DNA of 64,000 nucleotides, counting the filler, from Circinaria calcarea (lineage: Eukaryota), in assembly GCA_051942165.1 (NCBI GenBank). It is 16 parts of 16 records of this genome, joined end to end, with 100 filler letters (N's around TTAATTAATTAA, not from the genome) between each part and the next. Parts side by side here need not be neighbours in the genome. Positions count along the whole stretch, not along the records: positions 1 to 3,929 come from JAVECS010002550.1; positions 4,030 to 7,957 come from JAVECS010002551.1; positions 8,058 to 11,980 come from JAVECS010002552.1; 13 more parts are not named here. One strand, given 5' to 3'. Positions 1 to 9,946 of this stretch are shown here, piece by piece (the first letter of the stretch is position 1; every line of letters starts with the position of its first letter). Position numbers and translations under genes: made by a program. The notes under the pieces are model-generated. The model was given only the letters and a program-made list of their open reading frames with translations. It searched no databases and was not told the origin of the DNA.

Positions 1-505
1 TCGTCGCGCTCGTCTTGGTGGGCTTGGCGTAGATGGCCTTGGATCATAAGGCTCATCTCTCCCTTCTCCCGCATCTGGCTCTTGTGCAGCGCATTGAGCC
101 GCGCTATTTCCATCTACATGGTGTTAGTACAACATACTGGAAGTGTGCAGACGCGAGGATTTACCATGTGTTCTTCTGCCAATCGCCTAGCTTGATCTTC
201 AAGCTTTTGTTCTCCTTCCTCGAGGGCCAGTTTGACCTGGTCTCTCATATAGGCTGCAGAGACGGTGTCTAGCACGCTAGAGGCCAGATCTCCCCAGGTC
301 CCAAGCCATTCTGGTAATTCTCGTGCCCAGAGGCGCACGATTGTCAATGCCATGAAAACGAAGACCATCCAAACAGAGTACAGTTTGATATTCTAATCCA
401 CGATGTCAGTCTTGCTCATGTTTCCATTGGGTGTTGACTTACCGCCGCAATCTCCTCGAACTTTGAGACTTCCACTCCGCCAGACTGTTGTGTGTACCAA
501 GACAT
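1..505 (-). CDS. Hypothetical protein with one N-terminal hydrophobic segment and a charged, coiled-coil-like region; 3' end runs off the window
   Basis: Manual splice: exon 505-443 (MSWYTQQSGGVEVSKFEEIAA), GT-AG intron 442-393 with CTGAC branch, exon 392-165 (NIKLYSVWMVFVFMALTIVRLW...EEHM), intron 164-114 with TACTAAC branch, exon 113-1 open. Splicing keeps the frame. Confidence 0.6.
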
Positions 506-627
506 ATTGTTGTTATTGCTTTGGTTTGGTGATCGATGTTTGGTTTGAAGTAGAGGATGTGTTGAAAGTCGAAGAAGATAGTGAGAGAGAGTATGGAGTT
601 TAAGAAGGTAGGAAGAGCAATGGTCGG

Positions 628-634
628 TTTTATA
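628..634 (-). promoter_or_regulatory. Putative TATA box (TATAAAA) for the gene starting at 505
   Basis: TATAAAA on the minus strand about 125 nt upstream of the ATG, followed by a CT-rich leader. Confidence 0.35.
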
Positions 635-1810
635 GGAGGTTCTTGGGGCTAGTCGATTTGTCATTGTGGGAGCTCAACACATCTATTATTCAATATTACC
701 AGCCACCCAATCTTTTGGACGTGTTGATCATATTTTTTTCCTCATTCGGATAACTAGGCCCCCATTGTTCCACGCTTCTTATTGATCAGCTACAAGACCA
801 CCACCACTACAAATTAGGCCTCACTTCTCGTCGAAGTGTGCACGCTTCCGCTATTGTGGAGCCTTCAATCCACACTAACACAATCAACAACAATCTTGGA
901 TATGCTAGGTGGCTGAAAACGGCATGAACTCAGCATCATATATACCCCTACGAACGATTCCCTACTCCAATGTGTGCAACTTCTAGCTAGCAAATAGTGC
1001 TAGAACAATTTGGATCTTGCTTGTGGATAAAGGGGCTAGTTTAGCTGGTTATGGTGATATGGAGCAACAGAAATTGTATGATTCTATATTGGCCTGCCGG
1101 AAGAGTAGCTAAAACGTTCAGCAGGTCTCTCAGCGCGTACGTTTCCCCTTCATTATATAACTCTCTCCCCTGTGATCTCCGTCAGCGGATCTTCCGCAAC
1201 TTCTCAAAGCTGATCGTATGATATTCGACTCCGCCACTCTTCCTAATCTACAGGCACCACTTCGACGTGGCTTATATCCTGCTGTTCTTTCCGCTTTTAT
1301 GTAAATGTATAAATGGGGGTCTTCGGATCTTGTACGGTGAGAATGGTTTCTGTTACAATTTTACGTGTCAACTGTATGACTGGGTTGGTCGAATTGGAAC
1401 GGAGTTCCGGCGGAACTACATCCATTCAATAATCTTTCGCTTTGCTCGTATTCGTCTTAGGAATATTAGCAGTTTTGATGGACACGACATCTACTTTTTC
1501 AAGACTTAGATATCATTTTTCCAACTCTGACCGACCCTACTATTGACTTCACGGATTGGTTAGTTGATGAGCAGCCTGTAAAAAGTAGAAGTTGGGCTCG
1601 AAAGACCAACATTTACTTCAAACTTCCTACGCACAACTTTGTTACCGAGTCCCACCGCCGTACTATGCTAGCTCGACATGCCAGGAGAACAGACAATTTA
1701 GAGCTCGAAGAAGACCCCTATTAATTATGTGGTGAAGGCATTAAGAAACATGAAAATCCCTGAGACAGAGGCGTGACGTAGGCGCAGTATGAGACGGCGG
1801 GAAGCTAAGG

Positions 1811-3102
1811 TCAGAATTCTACTGTATATTTAATAGCGTCATAGACTCCTTCAAGCAGAATCAGTATCAGTGAATATAAGGAGGGGTTTTGGGCGACATA
1901 CTTGTTACATCTGGGATATTGAACCTTTCGTACACAAGCCCCATGTGTGTGCTCCATCCCGCCACTCTTTGTACAGGAGCCTCTAGTCTCAGAAATGCAC
2001 CCTCTTGTATGGTAGCGGCCACCTCCGCTCCGACTCCTGCATTCACCATGCTTTCATGTACTACAATCGCTCTGCCTGTCTTTTGTACACTAGCCAAGAC
2101 AGCAGACCTATCCCAAGGGTACAGCGTCCGCAGATCTATCAATTCGACATTGATACCAAAGTCCTTCTCCGCAGCCTGAATTGCCGCCGAGCAGGTGTAC
2201 AACGGATGACCGTAAGAGATGACGGTCAGATCTTTACCTTCTTTGAGAATCTCAGCTTTCGAGAGTGGAATTTCGTAAGCTTCAGTTGGAACTTGCTCTA
2301 CAGCAGCGCGATAGAGGGTCTTGGGTTCCATGAATATTACTGGGTCATTGCATGTTATGGCAGCCAAGAGGAGCCCCTTTGCTTGTGCAGGTGACCGAGG
2401 CATCACTACTCTCAGACCTGGAATATGCGTGAACAAGGCCTCCGGCGACTGAGAATGATATCTTATTACAACATCAGCTGCTCTACTTTGTCTGTAATGA
2501 GAAAAGACTACGTACAACGCTCCATGTCCCACTCCTCCACAAGGCATCCTCACTACCAAACCTCCTACGTTTCCTCCAGTAGCTCCCTCCCTATATCTCC
2601 ATTTTGCTGCCTCATTAACCAGTTGATCAAACGCCGGGTAGACGTAGTCAGCAAACTGTATTTCCGCAATGGGCCTCATCCCTTGTGCGGCGCATCCAAT
2701 AGCAAATCCAACTATGCCTTGCTCACTCAATGGGGTGTTGAAGACTCGTTCGGAGCCAAACTCGGTAGCAAGGTTCATGCTACAGCGAAACACTCCCCCA
2801 AAGGCAACATCCTCGCCAAAGACGAGGGCGCGCTCATCGGTACGGAGGGCATGAGTAAGTGCGCTGTTAATAGACTGAAATAGGTTTAGACGGGTAGTTG
2901 GGGAGGATCGAGGAAGCTCCTTGCTCGACTGATAGAGAGATGTGGAGGATTGGTGGAGGAGAGGGGTGTTGGAATAATCGATGGGGATGTTCAGGCGGGC
3001 GCTTGGGGGGTGGGTGGAGTAGAGGCGGATCAGCAAAGATGGTAATCGAGAGGGAAAGAGAACATTGTTCCGCAGGTAGAGATGGCGCGCCACTGGGCGC
3101 AT
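1811..3102 (-). CDS. BCKDHB: 2-oxoisovalerate (branched-chain alpha-keto acid) dehydrogenase E1 beta subunit, mitochondrial
   Basis: [34 protein letters not shown] and HSQSPE motifs; Arg-rich presequence; in-frame 54-nt intron 2462-2515; last intron removed gives ...[15 protein letters not shown] ending at 1811. Confidence 0.95.
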
Positions 3103-3369
3103 AGCTGTATACTTTATGGAGTAATCATTATGTAGGTGATGTCTTCAACTGCGACGCGCCCATAATTCGTAGGCACTCGTACGGAGTAAGGGTATGTCCT
3201 CTATATATCACAGCGGAACAAACCAGACTGTGGGGAAGTTCCCGAGGCTGGTCCGAGCTCCTGGTCTGCAGGGTTGTCGATGACGATGAGTTGGGGGTAT
3301 CATCTTGCAGTGGGATTGCATAGTCCTAAGAAAGCACCTTGACATTACCTTATTCTTGCGTGTGTCAGC

Positions 3370-3929
3370 ATGGCCTCCATTTTCCAGTCTTTTCCTCTTC
3401 TCCGAAAAGCTGCTCCGAGACTCTCGAGGCGGTTGTTTGCATGCCGTTTCTGCCAAAATGGTACTTCCCGATCTCTCTCATCACTCCCTGGCAAATCACC
3501 ATTTCTCAAGGCTTTCCGGACTGGCACTCGACGGGCTTCAACCGCAAGCACTGCTGCGCTTACCGAAACAGTGCATACAACATCACCCCTTTCTTCTTTG
3601 AGTAAGACTATCAATGGTGGAAAGATAAGAAAAACCTTCTTCCCTGAAGTCAGTGACAAAGTGGTAGCATACTGGCTTCTAGGCAGTGCAGCCAGTGTTT
3701 TCGGTATAGTAGTGTTCGGTGGTCTGACACGGCTTACCGAGTCCGGGTACGTACGATCTATGATTACCATAAATCAAGCTTACGTATGGCAGCTTGAGTA
3801 TCACGGAATGGAGGCCAGTAACTGGCTCTATGCCCCCAGCGAACGAAGCAGACTGGGATTCCGAGTTTTCGAAATACCGATCGTCACCAGAGTTCAAGCT
3901 CTTAAATCCACATATGACTCTTTCTGAGT
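3370..3929 (+). CDS. COX15: Heme A synthase / cytochrome c oxidase assembly protein, 5' part only (contig end)
   Basis: VVFGGLTRLTESG|LSITEWRPVTG...EFSKYRSSPEFKLLN across a short GT-AG intron at ~3747-3792; mitochondrial presequence. Confidence 0.93.
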
Positions 3930-4029
3930 NNNNNNNNNNNNNNNNNNNNNNNNNNNNNNNNNNNNNNNNNNNNTTAATTAATTAANNNNNNNNNNNNNNN
4001 NNNNNNNNNNNNNNNNNNNNNNNNNNNNN
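3930..4029. other. Artificial contig linker N44-TTAATTAATTAA-N44 (first of 15)
   Basis: Identical 100-nt spacers also at 7958, 11981, 16004, 20026, 24044, 28061, 32077, 36093, 40108, 44120, 48125, 52126, 56127 and 60127; the 12-mer gives stops in all six frames. Confidence 0.99.
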
Positions 4030-4999
4030 CAGGAGTGGTATCGATTCAGACTAGAAACTCCTGTTTATAGGCAAGATGCCCGAAAGTTCTTAGCCCGGCT
4101 GTACAAAAGAAATATGTGGGATCAAAGTGCTAAGTTAGAGATGAAACATTATTGAAATAGTTTAATATCATGTTACGTCCCTAAGCTTCTTAGGCAAAGG
4201 CAATGCTAGTCACTGGTATAAGGCGGGGACTCTGTAATATGCACGGGGGTTCTATACCAATCACTTGGCAAGTAATAAGTGACAATAGAAGTATATTGCT
4301 ACACTTGTAAGGTCTTGACCACACAGGTCAAATACTACGGAAAGGACTGTGCCTATATACCCTTTCCATGACAGGGGTCACAGCAGTGATCCCGACGATC
4401 CCACTGCTCCCTAACCAGATCAACCGGATCACTCAGATCACCAGTGCTCCCATTGATCCCATACGTTACACAAGGGATCACTCGGATCACCCTCCTGAAT
4501 ACCCTTGGTACGCGTAGTACTGGTCACGGCTGGTGGCGCCATTACATACCAGCACCATCAATATTAGTCGAAAACTCACCTCCGGTATCTGGATCCATTA
4601 CATACCCAGGCCAGGCGACGCACCTTTAACCCGAAACGACGGAAGGAAGATTTGGAAGTGCCAATTAATAAAAGGCACACCGAGTTTCTACTTAATGGAG
4701 GAACTGCCATAATCATGAAACACCTGAAATCAGTATATAGAATCATCATAGCAGCACAGGGCGAAGAAAAGAAGATAGATAAGAAGGGGATTAGAAAGAA
4801 TGGGTGGAGAATATGGGATAGGGTTAGGCGAGAATGAGAAATGCTGGTCCTGACGTGGGATTTAATTATCGGAGGGGTGAAAAAGAAAACTATTAAGAAA
4901 AGGGGGGTGGTGTAACGGGGTTTTGGATATTGGAAGACTATTAATCCCAGTAACCCAGCCCAAACAAAATGCATGCACACAAAGCTGCTCTCCTCCTCA

Positions 5000-5650
5000 T
5001 ACGCCAGTAATATCTCTGAAAATTCCTTATCTAAGGCTTTTTTGCGAGCTTCTTTCAACATACGCAAAAGATCTCTGAGCACTACTCCTGGACCCAGCTG
5101 ATCCTTCTTATATATCTTGTCCTGATCATAACTATAACCACTTAACTCCTCCACTGTACTGAAGATCTGCACCACTCCCGTCTCCCCTTGCCTGGTCCAT
5201 TGAATGAGGTCAACAATGTTGACATGTTGGCCGCGGATTATCTACATGTATCCCCATACCACGTCAGTTTATTTGGGCGGTGTCCCCGGTCTTCTAGACC
5301 TTTGCGTGTATGTATGGATGGCGTAGTTGAATGGACTTACCGATCGACATTCCTCACATGTGGGTGGAAGGGGTGTGATTCTCATAGCCCGGCAGAGAGT
5401 ATGCCATGACTTTCAGTCATCCTCGGTGCCGAACCAGAGGTTGAACTCGCGCGTCAGCGCTACCTAATATCGTGCTTCAACTTCTTCTCGGTATTCCTTC
5501 CACGTATTTGATTGGCTGCCATCCCAGTCATGCTATTTCCTTAGATGAGCTCGGAGGTTTCTGTATGATGAGGCGGGCTGTACGCAGGCATCATAGGGGA
5601 ACTTAGAGAAGCTGTGAAATAGCTAATCAAGTGGGTTGTCGACAATGGAA
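5000..5650 (-). pseudogene. RIP-type pseudogene of a conserved fungal hypothetical protein family (HVNIVDL motif)
   Basis: Single frame reads DNPLD*LFHSFSKFPYD...LRK*...ARY*VALTREFNLWFGTEDD*KSWHTLCRAMRITPLPPTCEECRS, intron, then IIRGQHVNIVDLIQW...VQIFSTVEELSGYS...VVLRDLLR. In-frame stops at 5623-25, 5533-35, 5464-66 (TAG) and 5413-15 (TGA). Boundaries approximate. Confidence 0.65.
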
Positions 5651-7360
5651 GATGTGCTAGGTTTGGATGCGAGGCAGCGATGCAGCTGAAGAAGCTGGAT
5701 GTAGGCATGGTGGTTATAGAAGTAGATTAGGAAGCTCATGTATTATCCAACAGGAACGTAAGTTTGCTACTGAGTTCTTGAAGAGAGAAGAAGGGAAGCT
5801 GCTGATGTTGATGCAAGGGGGAATAAAGGATGACAATGGTAAAATCGTCGATGATGAGAACAGCACCATCATCCGTCCCATCCAGGGCAGAGAGTAATGC
5901 TCTTTTCCGAGCCGCAACACGGCGACCTAACCCGAGCACCTCAATCTCGGCACTTCCTTGTCCGCTCCCCTTGTCCTAACTCGATTATTGTTTGAATCTC
6001 ACCCTCCTGTTCCCTCCCTCCTCCTTCACCTAGGAGCAGCGGCAGGGCGTTTAAAGCTGTCCAGGAAAGGAGAGTTTGCAGCCGTGGCGGAAGAATAAAA
6101 AGGTTCTGGAGGTAGCGGCGAAGGATGCCAGGAGAAAGGAGCTTCTTTTGAGTAAGCGACAGTGTGAGGCACTCGAGGCTAGGAGGCTACAGCGCGAACT
6201 CGTAAGCAGAAAAGCAGACTAAGAGATGTTAGTGTACCGTTGCAAGTTGGCAGGATATTCGCAAATACGACACATCTACTATCGCCATGAGCTCCACAGA
6301 GAACGCCAGCTCAGTCGTGGTTAAGTTGGGCTCGTTATGTGAGGTGAGGCTACGTCAAGCACTAAGTCGATTATGATGGATCTCATTGCTGGGTTGGGCA
6401 GCGACTTGCCTCGAAGTCAATTGGTTGTGTCGACCTCGAAACTCGTGGTGATATCAGTATGAAACCTACGCTCAAGCAGCCACGCCTCGATCTACATAAC
6501 CTAGATGAACAACTTGCATACAGAACAGCCCAGAATAGCTCACGCTTGACGTCTAGTTGAGGATTTTCGTGAAATACAGCAAGGATTTCAGTGGGGTTGG
6601 CGATGAGGTGACCTTGAGACCGGGGAAATCGTTGTTGATAATGGGCATCTCCTTTCAATGCGAAATGAGCAACACGTTGATGGAGGAGGTTACAACATGG
6701 ATAGATATTACGGCCTGGTCAGCAGCTTAAGAGTTGGAGAGCCTAATGTCGCCGACGCGGAATAACTTGATATATCACCAGAAGTTATAGAACCATCCCT
6801 CGTATGCGACGACAATGAACAGAATATCCCAGACGATGATGTTGATAGCATCATGATTAATACTGATACTTGGATAATGCGTTGGCGAGGGCAGACTCTA
6901 TTGGAACTATAAACCTAGGTATGGGTTTGGCTGATCGGAGTATTCTCAGTTCTTTTCCTAATACTATTTATGTCAGTAGACCAACAACCACTCATTAACC
7001 ATGCGTATATCTTAACGCAGGAGACGTAGCAACTGACCCGAAATGAATCACACCGCCACTGCCGAATATGCAGAAATCTCTGAGGCCTCAACCTTCACAA
7101 GATGGTTTATAGATGGGCCGGCCCGCACAACAATAGGCCCTAATATTGTTAAGAGGTATATTGCATCCATTTTGACTATTAAATTCAGCAGCGACTTTGG
7201 GCCGGCTTCGGATGGAAGAACTTACATTTCGGAAGAACTTTTTGAGAGCTGGGAGGGACGGACAATTACTGAGGGGTTTGCAAGTAGCTTAGGTTCGAAA
7301 TGTCATAAGCTGGTGAAGATAAGGGAAAGATAAGTTAGATTGCTATTTAATCACCTCCTT

Positions 7361-7805
7361 TTACATTCGCCGCCGATTCTTGCTAGGTCTTGCGTTTTCA
7401 GTAATTGAAGTGACTGGTGTCGATGGGGCGGTACTAGCAGTTCGAGCCTGCTTCCAATACTCTGGGAAAGGAAACAGTGCTTTAAGAGCCCTGCCGATCA
7501 TCGTTTTTCGAGCTCCAAGACCATGATTTATAATGTTCTTGACAGTATTATTGCACGCTCGGATGTCCTCAGGCTCCATGGACGAGTAAGACTTGAGATA
7601 GGACATGTAGAAACGGCGGTCGTCTGCGGAGTACCAATGGATGTAGAATATGGCCTCTCTGTGGGACATAGCAACCGTAAAGGCGACTTTATCCTCCACC
7701 AAATGACTGTCGCAGAGACCGGCTTCATTGAGAAGCCATAGCAATGCGTTGACGGAATGAGAACCACTGCCTGCAGCCTGATTTTCGGCTAATCGTGCCC
7801 ATGGG
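7361..7805 (-). pseudogene. 3' fragment of a repetitive fungal hypothetical-protein family (AENQAAGSG...IHWY type, DUF7924-like), interrupted by a transposon
   Basis: RLAENQAAGSGSHSVNALLWLL...AFTVAMSHREAIFYIHWY...YMSYLKSY...VKNIINHG; the upstream sequence is replaced by a TIR starting at 7808. Confidence 0.55.
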
Positions 7806-7807
7806 TA

Positions 7808-7957
7808 CCAGATATTCCTTAGCTATGCCGCATCCGGTTAAATGCCGCAGCATGTCCCCCCCCTCTATTTTTAATAATTTATTATTATAAAACAACAGCA
7901 ATAATTAGCGCTATAAAAATTAAATGTATTATAAATTAAATATATATAAATAATAAT
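7808..7957. mobile_element. Terminus (TIR) of a pogo/Fot1-like DNA transposon with very AT-rich, RIP-like interior; cut by contig end
   Basis: TA|CCAGATATTCCTTAGCTATGCCGCATCCGG closely matches the reverse complement of 12516-12547, which flanks a transposase relic. Confidence 0.75.
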
Positions 7958-8058
7958 NNNNNNNNNNNNNNNNNNNNNNNNNNNNNNNNNNNNNNNNNNN
8001 NTTAATTAATTAANNNNNNNNNNNNNNNNNNNNNNNNNNNNNNNNNNNNNNNNNNNNC

Positions 8059-8295
8059 GGGCAAGGCCGCAGCATGTGGGCGGAGCCAAGCGCTCTAGCC
8101 GCCGCTATCTATCACGTCGTAGGCCGTGGATTGCGCATCCCAATTCGGGTCCCTCTGGGGGCTGATGCCTGGGGCATGATTTCCAGTGACCTCGAGGATA
8201 TCAAGAAAGATCTCGATGATTTGAAGGATATCAGTCTGGGCGTCGGCGATGCGAAGCAGCTGGAGACGATTGATTTTCTGAAACAATTAAAATAA
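8059..8295 (+). CDS. C-terminal fragment of a short-chain dehydrogenase/reductase (5' part missing)
   Basis: AEPSALAAAIYHVV...IPIRVPLGADAW tail is typical of the fungal SDR subgroup ending P-x-R-x-x-LG-x-DA; catalytic motifs lie outside the contig. Confidence 0.65.
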   Translation, partial: GQGRSMWAEPSALAAAIYHVVGRGLRIPIRVPLGADAWGMISSDLEDIKKDLDDLKDISLGVGDAKQLETIDFLKQLK

Positions 8296-8485
8296 TCAGC
8301 ATAGGTTTTAACCCGAAACTGGATGATCTCGAAAGCCGTGTTGCCCTTGGCAAAAATCGGCAAGAGGATGTTTCTACGCCTTCTAAACAGGACCCCACAG
8401 TGTTTTTAATTTTCGCAAAGTGTTGGGATTTCATCCCCATATTTAAATTGAAATAAATATTGCAATGCAAATTGAGTCTCTGATA

Positions 8486-8685
8486 TCCCTTAAGGTGTTG
8501 CTCAAGCAGCATGAACCGTGCACGCTATACTAGTAGGGGGGGAAGGGGTTTAAGTTCCCTTGCAGAAATTACTATGTAATGGGGCATTTCTCCTCCGCTG
8601 ATTAGCCAAAATTAAGAATTCTCTTAATACCCGAAACCCACTGTACCGTGCACGGTTCGTGCTGCTTGAGCAACACCTTAAGGGA
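8486..8685. mobile_element. 200-bp MITE-like element with ~39-bp TIRs and TA on both sides
   Basis: TA|TCCCTTAAGGTGTTGCTCAAGCAGCATGAACCGTGCACG ... CGTGCACGGTTCGTGCTGCTTGAGCAACACCTTAAGGGA|TA; one mismatch between arms. Confidence 0.8.
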
Positions 8686-8712
8686 TAAGCTTAGGGTTTT
8701 CGGGTGGTTCGA

Positions 8713-8779
8713 GGATTCAGGATTCAGGATTAGGATTCGGGATTCGGGATTAAGGTTCAGGATTCAGGATCGAGGATTA
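8713..8779 (+). repeat. Degenerate GGATTCR heptamer tandem repeat (~10 units)
   Basis: ggattca ggattca ggatta ggattcg ggattcg ggattaa ggttca ggattca ggatcga ggatta. Confidence 0.85.
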
Positions 8780-8987
8780 TTTACTTTTAAAAAACCGAAA
8801 GGTGAACGAAGGGTCATTTTTCTTTCTCGGGTAAAAGGAAAAGGAAAAGCCCCTTAGTTGCTTCTCGGTCTAAGTCGGGCATTTATTAAAGGCGGATGTG
8901 GGGGAAGATAGTATACAAATGATTGAAAAAAACTCATTAAACGTAAATCAAATCGTATAAATCTATCGTAAATCATAACCAAGAGTG

Positions 8988-9946
8988 TTAAGCATTTCGT
9001 TTTTCCCCCTGCAGTATTCTTACGGCAAGTGCAGTTGTTAAGCCTCGATTGCCTATACGAGCGCCCGTCCTGCCGACACGGCAGTAATGGCCAGCCGGCC
9101 ACCCACCATCCTCGTCTTGCAACGACATAAATGTCTCCAGATCTTTCCTATACAGCTGTGAATCGATGTCCACGGATTGGCAGGCAAAGAGCCGGAGTGC
9201 CAGAGCCAACGGGTTTATAGGCACGTTGAGTCGCTCCTGGAGTTGCGCCTTGACTGCATTTAGCCTTTTTCTTAGCGATTCGCAGCGCGTTTCGGCATAT
9301 AACCGAGCCACGAAGTACAGGAAGCTCTCTGGCGTTGAGTAGTGCCGGTTTCCGTTGAGGCAGGCATTGTTATATAGACAGTCCACGATGTAATCCTCCG
9401 TTTTCTTAATACGAGGATCGGAGCCGAACCCGAACTTGTGAAATACCCTCAGGATATTGCAACAGACTTCAGGGGTGGTGCGAGGCCGTGTAGGGTCGAA
9501 ATATGTCTGCATGATTCCGTCTAGGTCCAAGTTCATAGTCATCTTCTCCAAGACGAGATGAACGTCTGGGAACATAGAGAGGTATCGTACAGGGAATGAT
9601 AGGTAGGCTGTCGATGTTGTGTCGGCATCCGGGGGAAACTCACGAGTTGTGAGAACAGGGGCTTCGAAAAAAATAGTTCCAGAGGCCGTTCTTAACATCC
9701 GATGTCGCAAAGGCGTTGCCATTAAAGTGATCATTCGATTGGCCATTTGAATGACCATTCAGATGACCATTCTCAGAGAGGTGTACTCCGTGCATCTTAC
9801 CATAAGGCCATTTGAGGTAGATAATGTCTTCGTCGTCAGTGAGCTCCCAAATCATAAGTTGGGCAAAGTTGTCCTTGAGTCTGATATCCTTGTGACCCTC
9901 GACAACACAATAATGATTCCGGGCATTATCTTTCAGGAATACTTCC
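8988..9946 (-). pseudogene. Class II terpene cyclase domain of a HAD-like (AstC/DrtB-type) drimane sesquiterpene synthase; N-terminal HAD domain absent, +1 frameshift
   Basis: EVFLKDNARN...LKDNFAQLMIWELTDD...WNYFF/EAPVLTTREFPPDADTTS (DxDTT)...QTYFDPTRPR...VCCNILRVF...HYSTPESFLYF...QDEDGGWP (QW motif)...IGNRGLTTALA*; extra T in the run at 9667-9673. Confidence 0.8.

Noticed and set aside
3974..3985. TTAATTAATTAA palindrome recurring every ~4 kb as a CRISPR-like or regulatory repeat
   Set aside because: Always centred in N-runs of fixed length; it is a six-frame stop linker added during assembly
5897..6240. Basic coiled-coil peptide (ARRKELLLSKRQCEALEARRLQRE) as a transposase tail
   Set aside because: No TIR or DDE motif found nearby; similarity too generic
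8988..9758. ORF-track start MVIQMANRM... as the true N-terminus of a stand-alone cyclase
   Set aside because: Those residues are out of frame with the conserved upstream segment (DNFAQLMIWEL...WNYFF); they arise from the T7 frameshift
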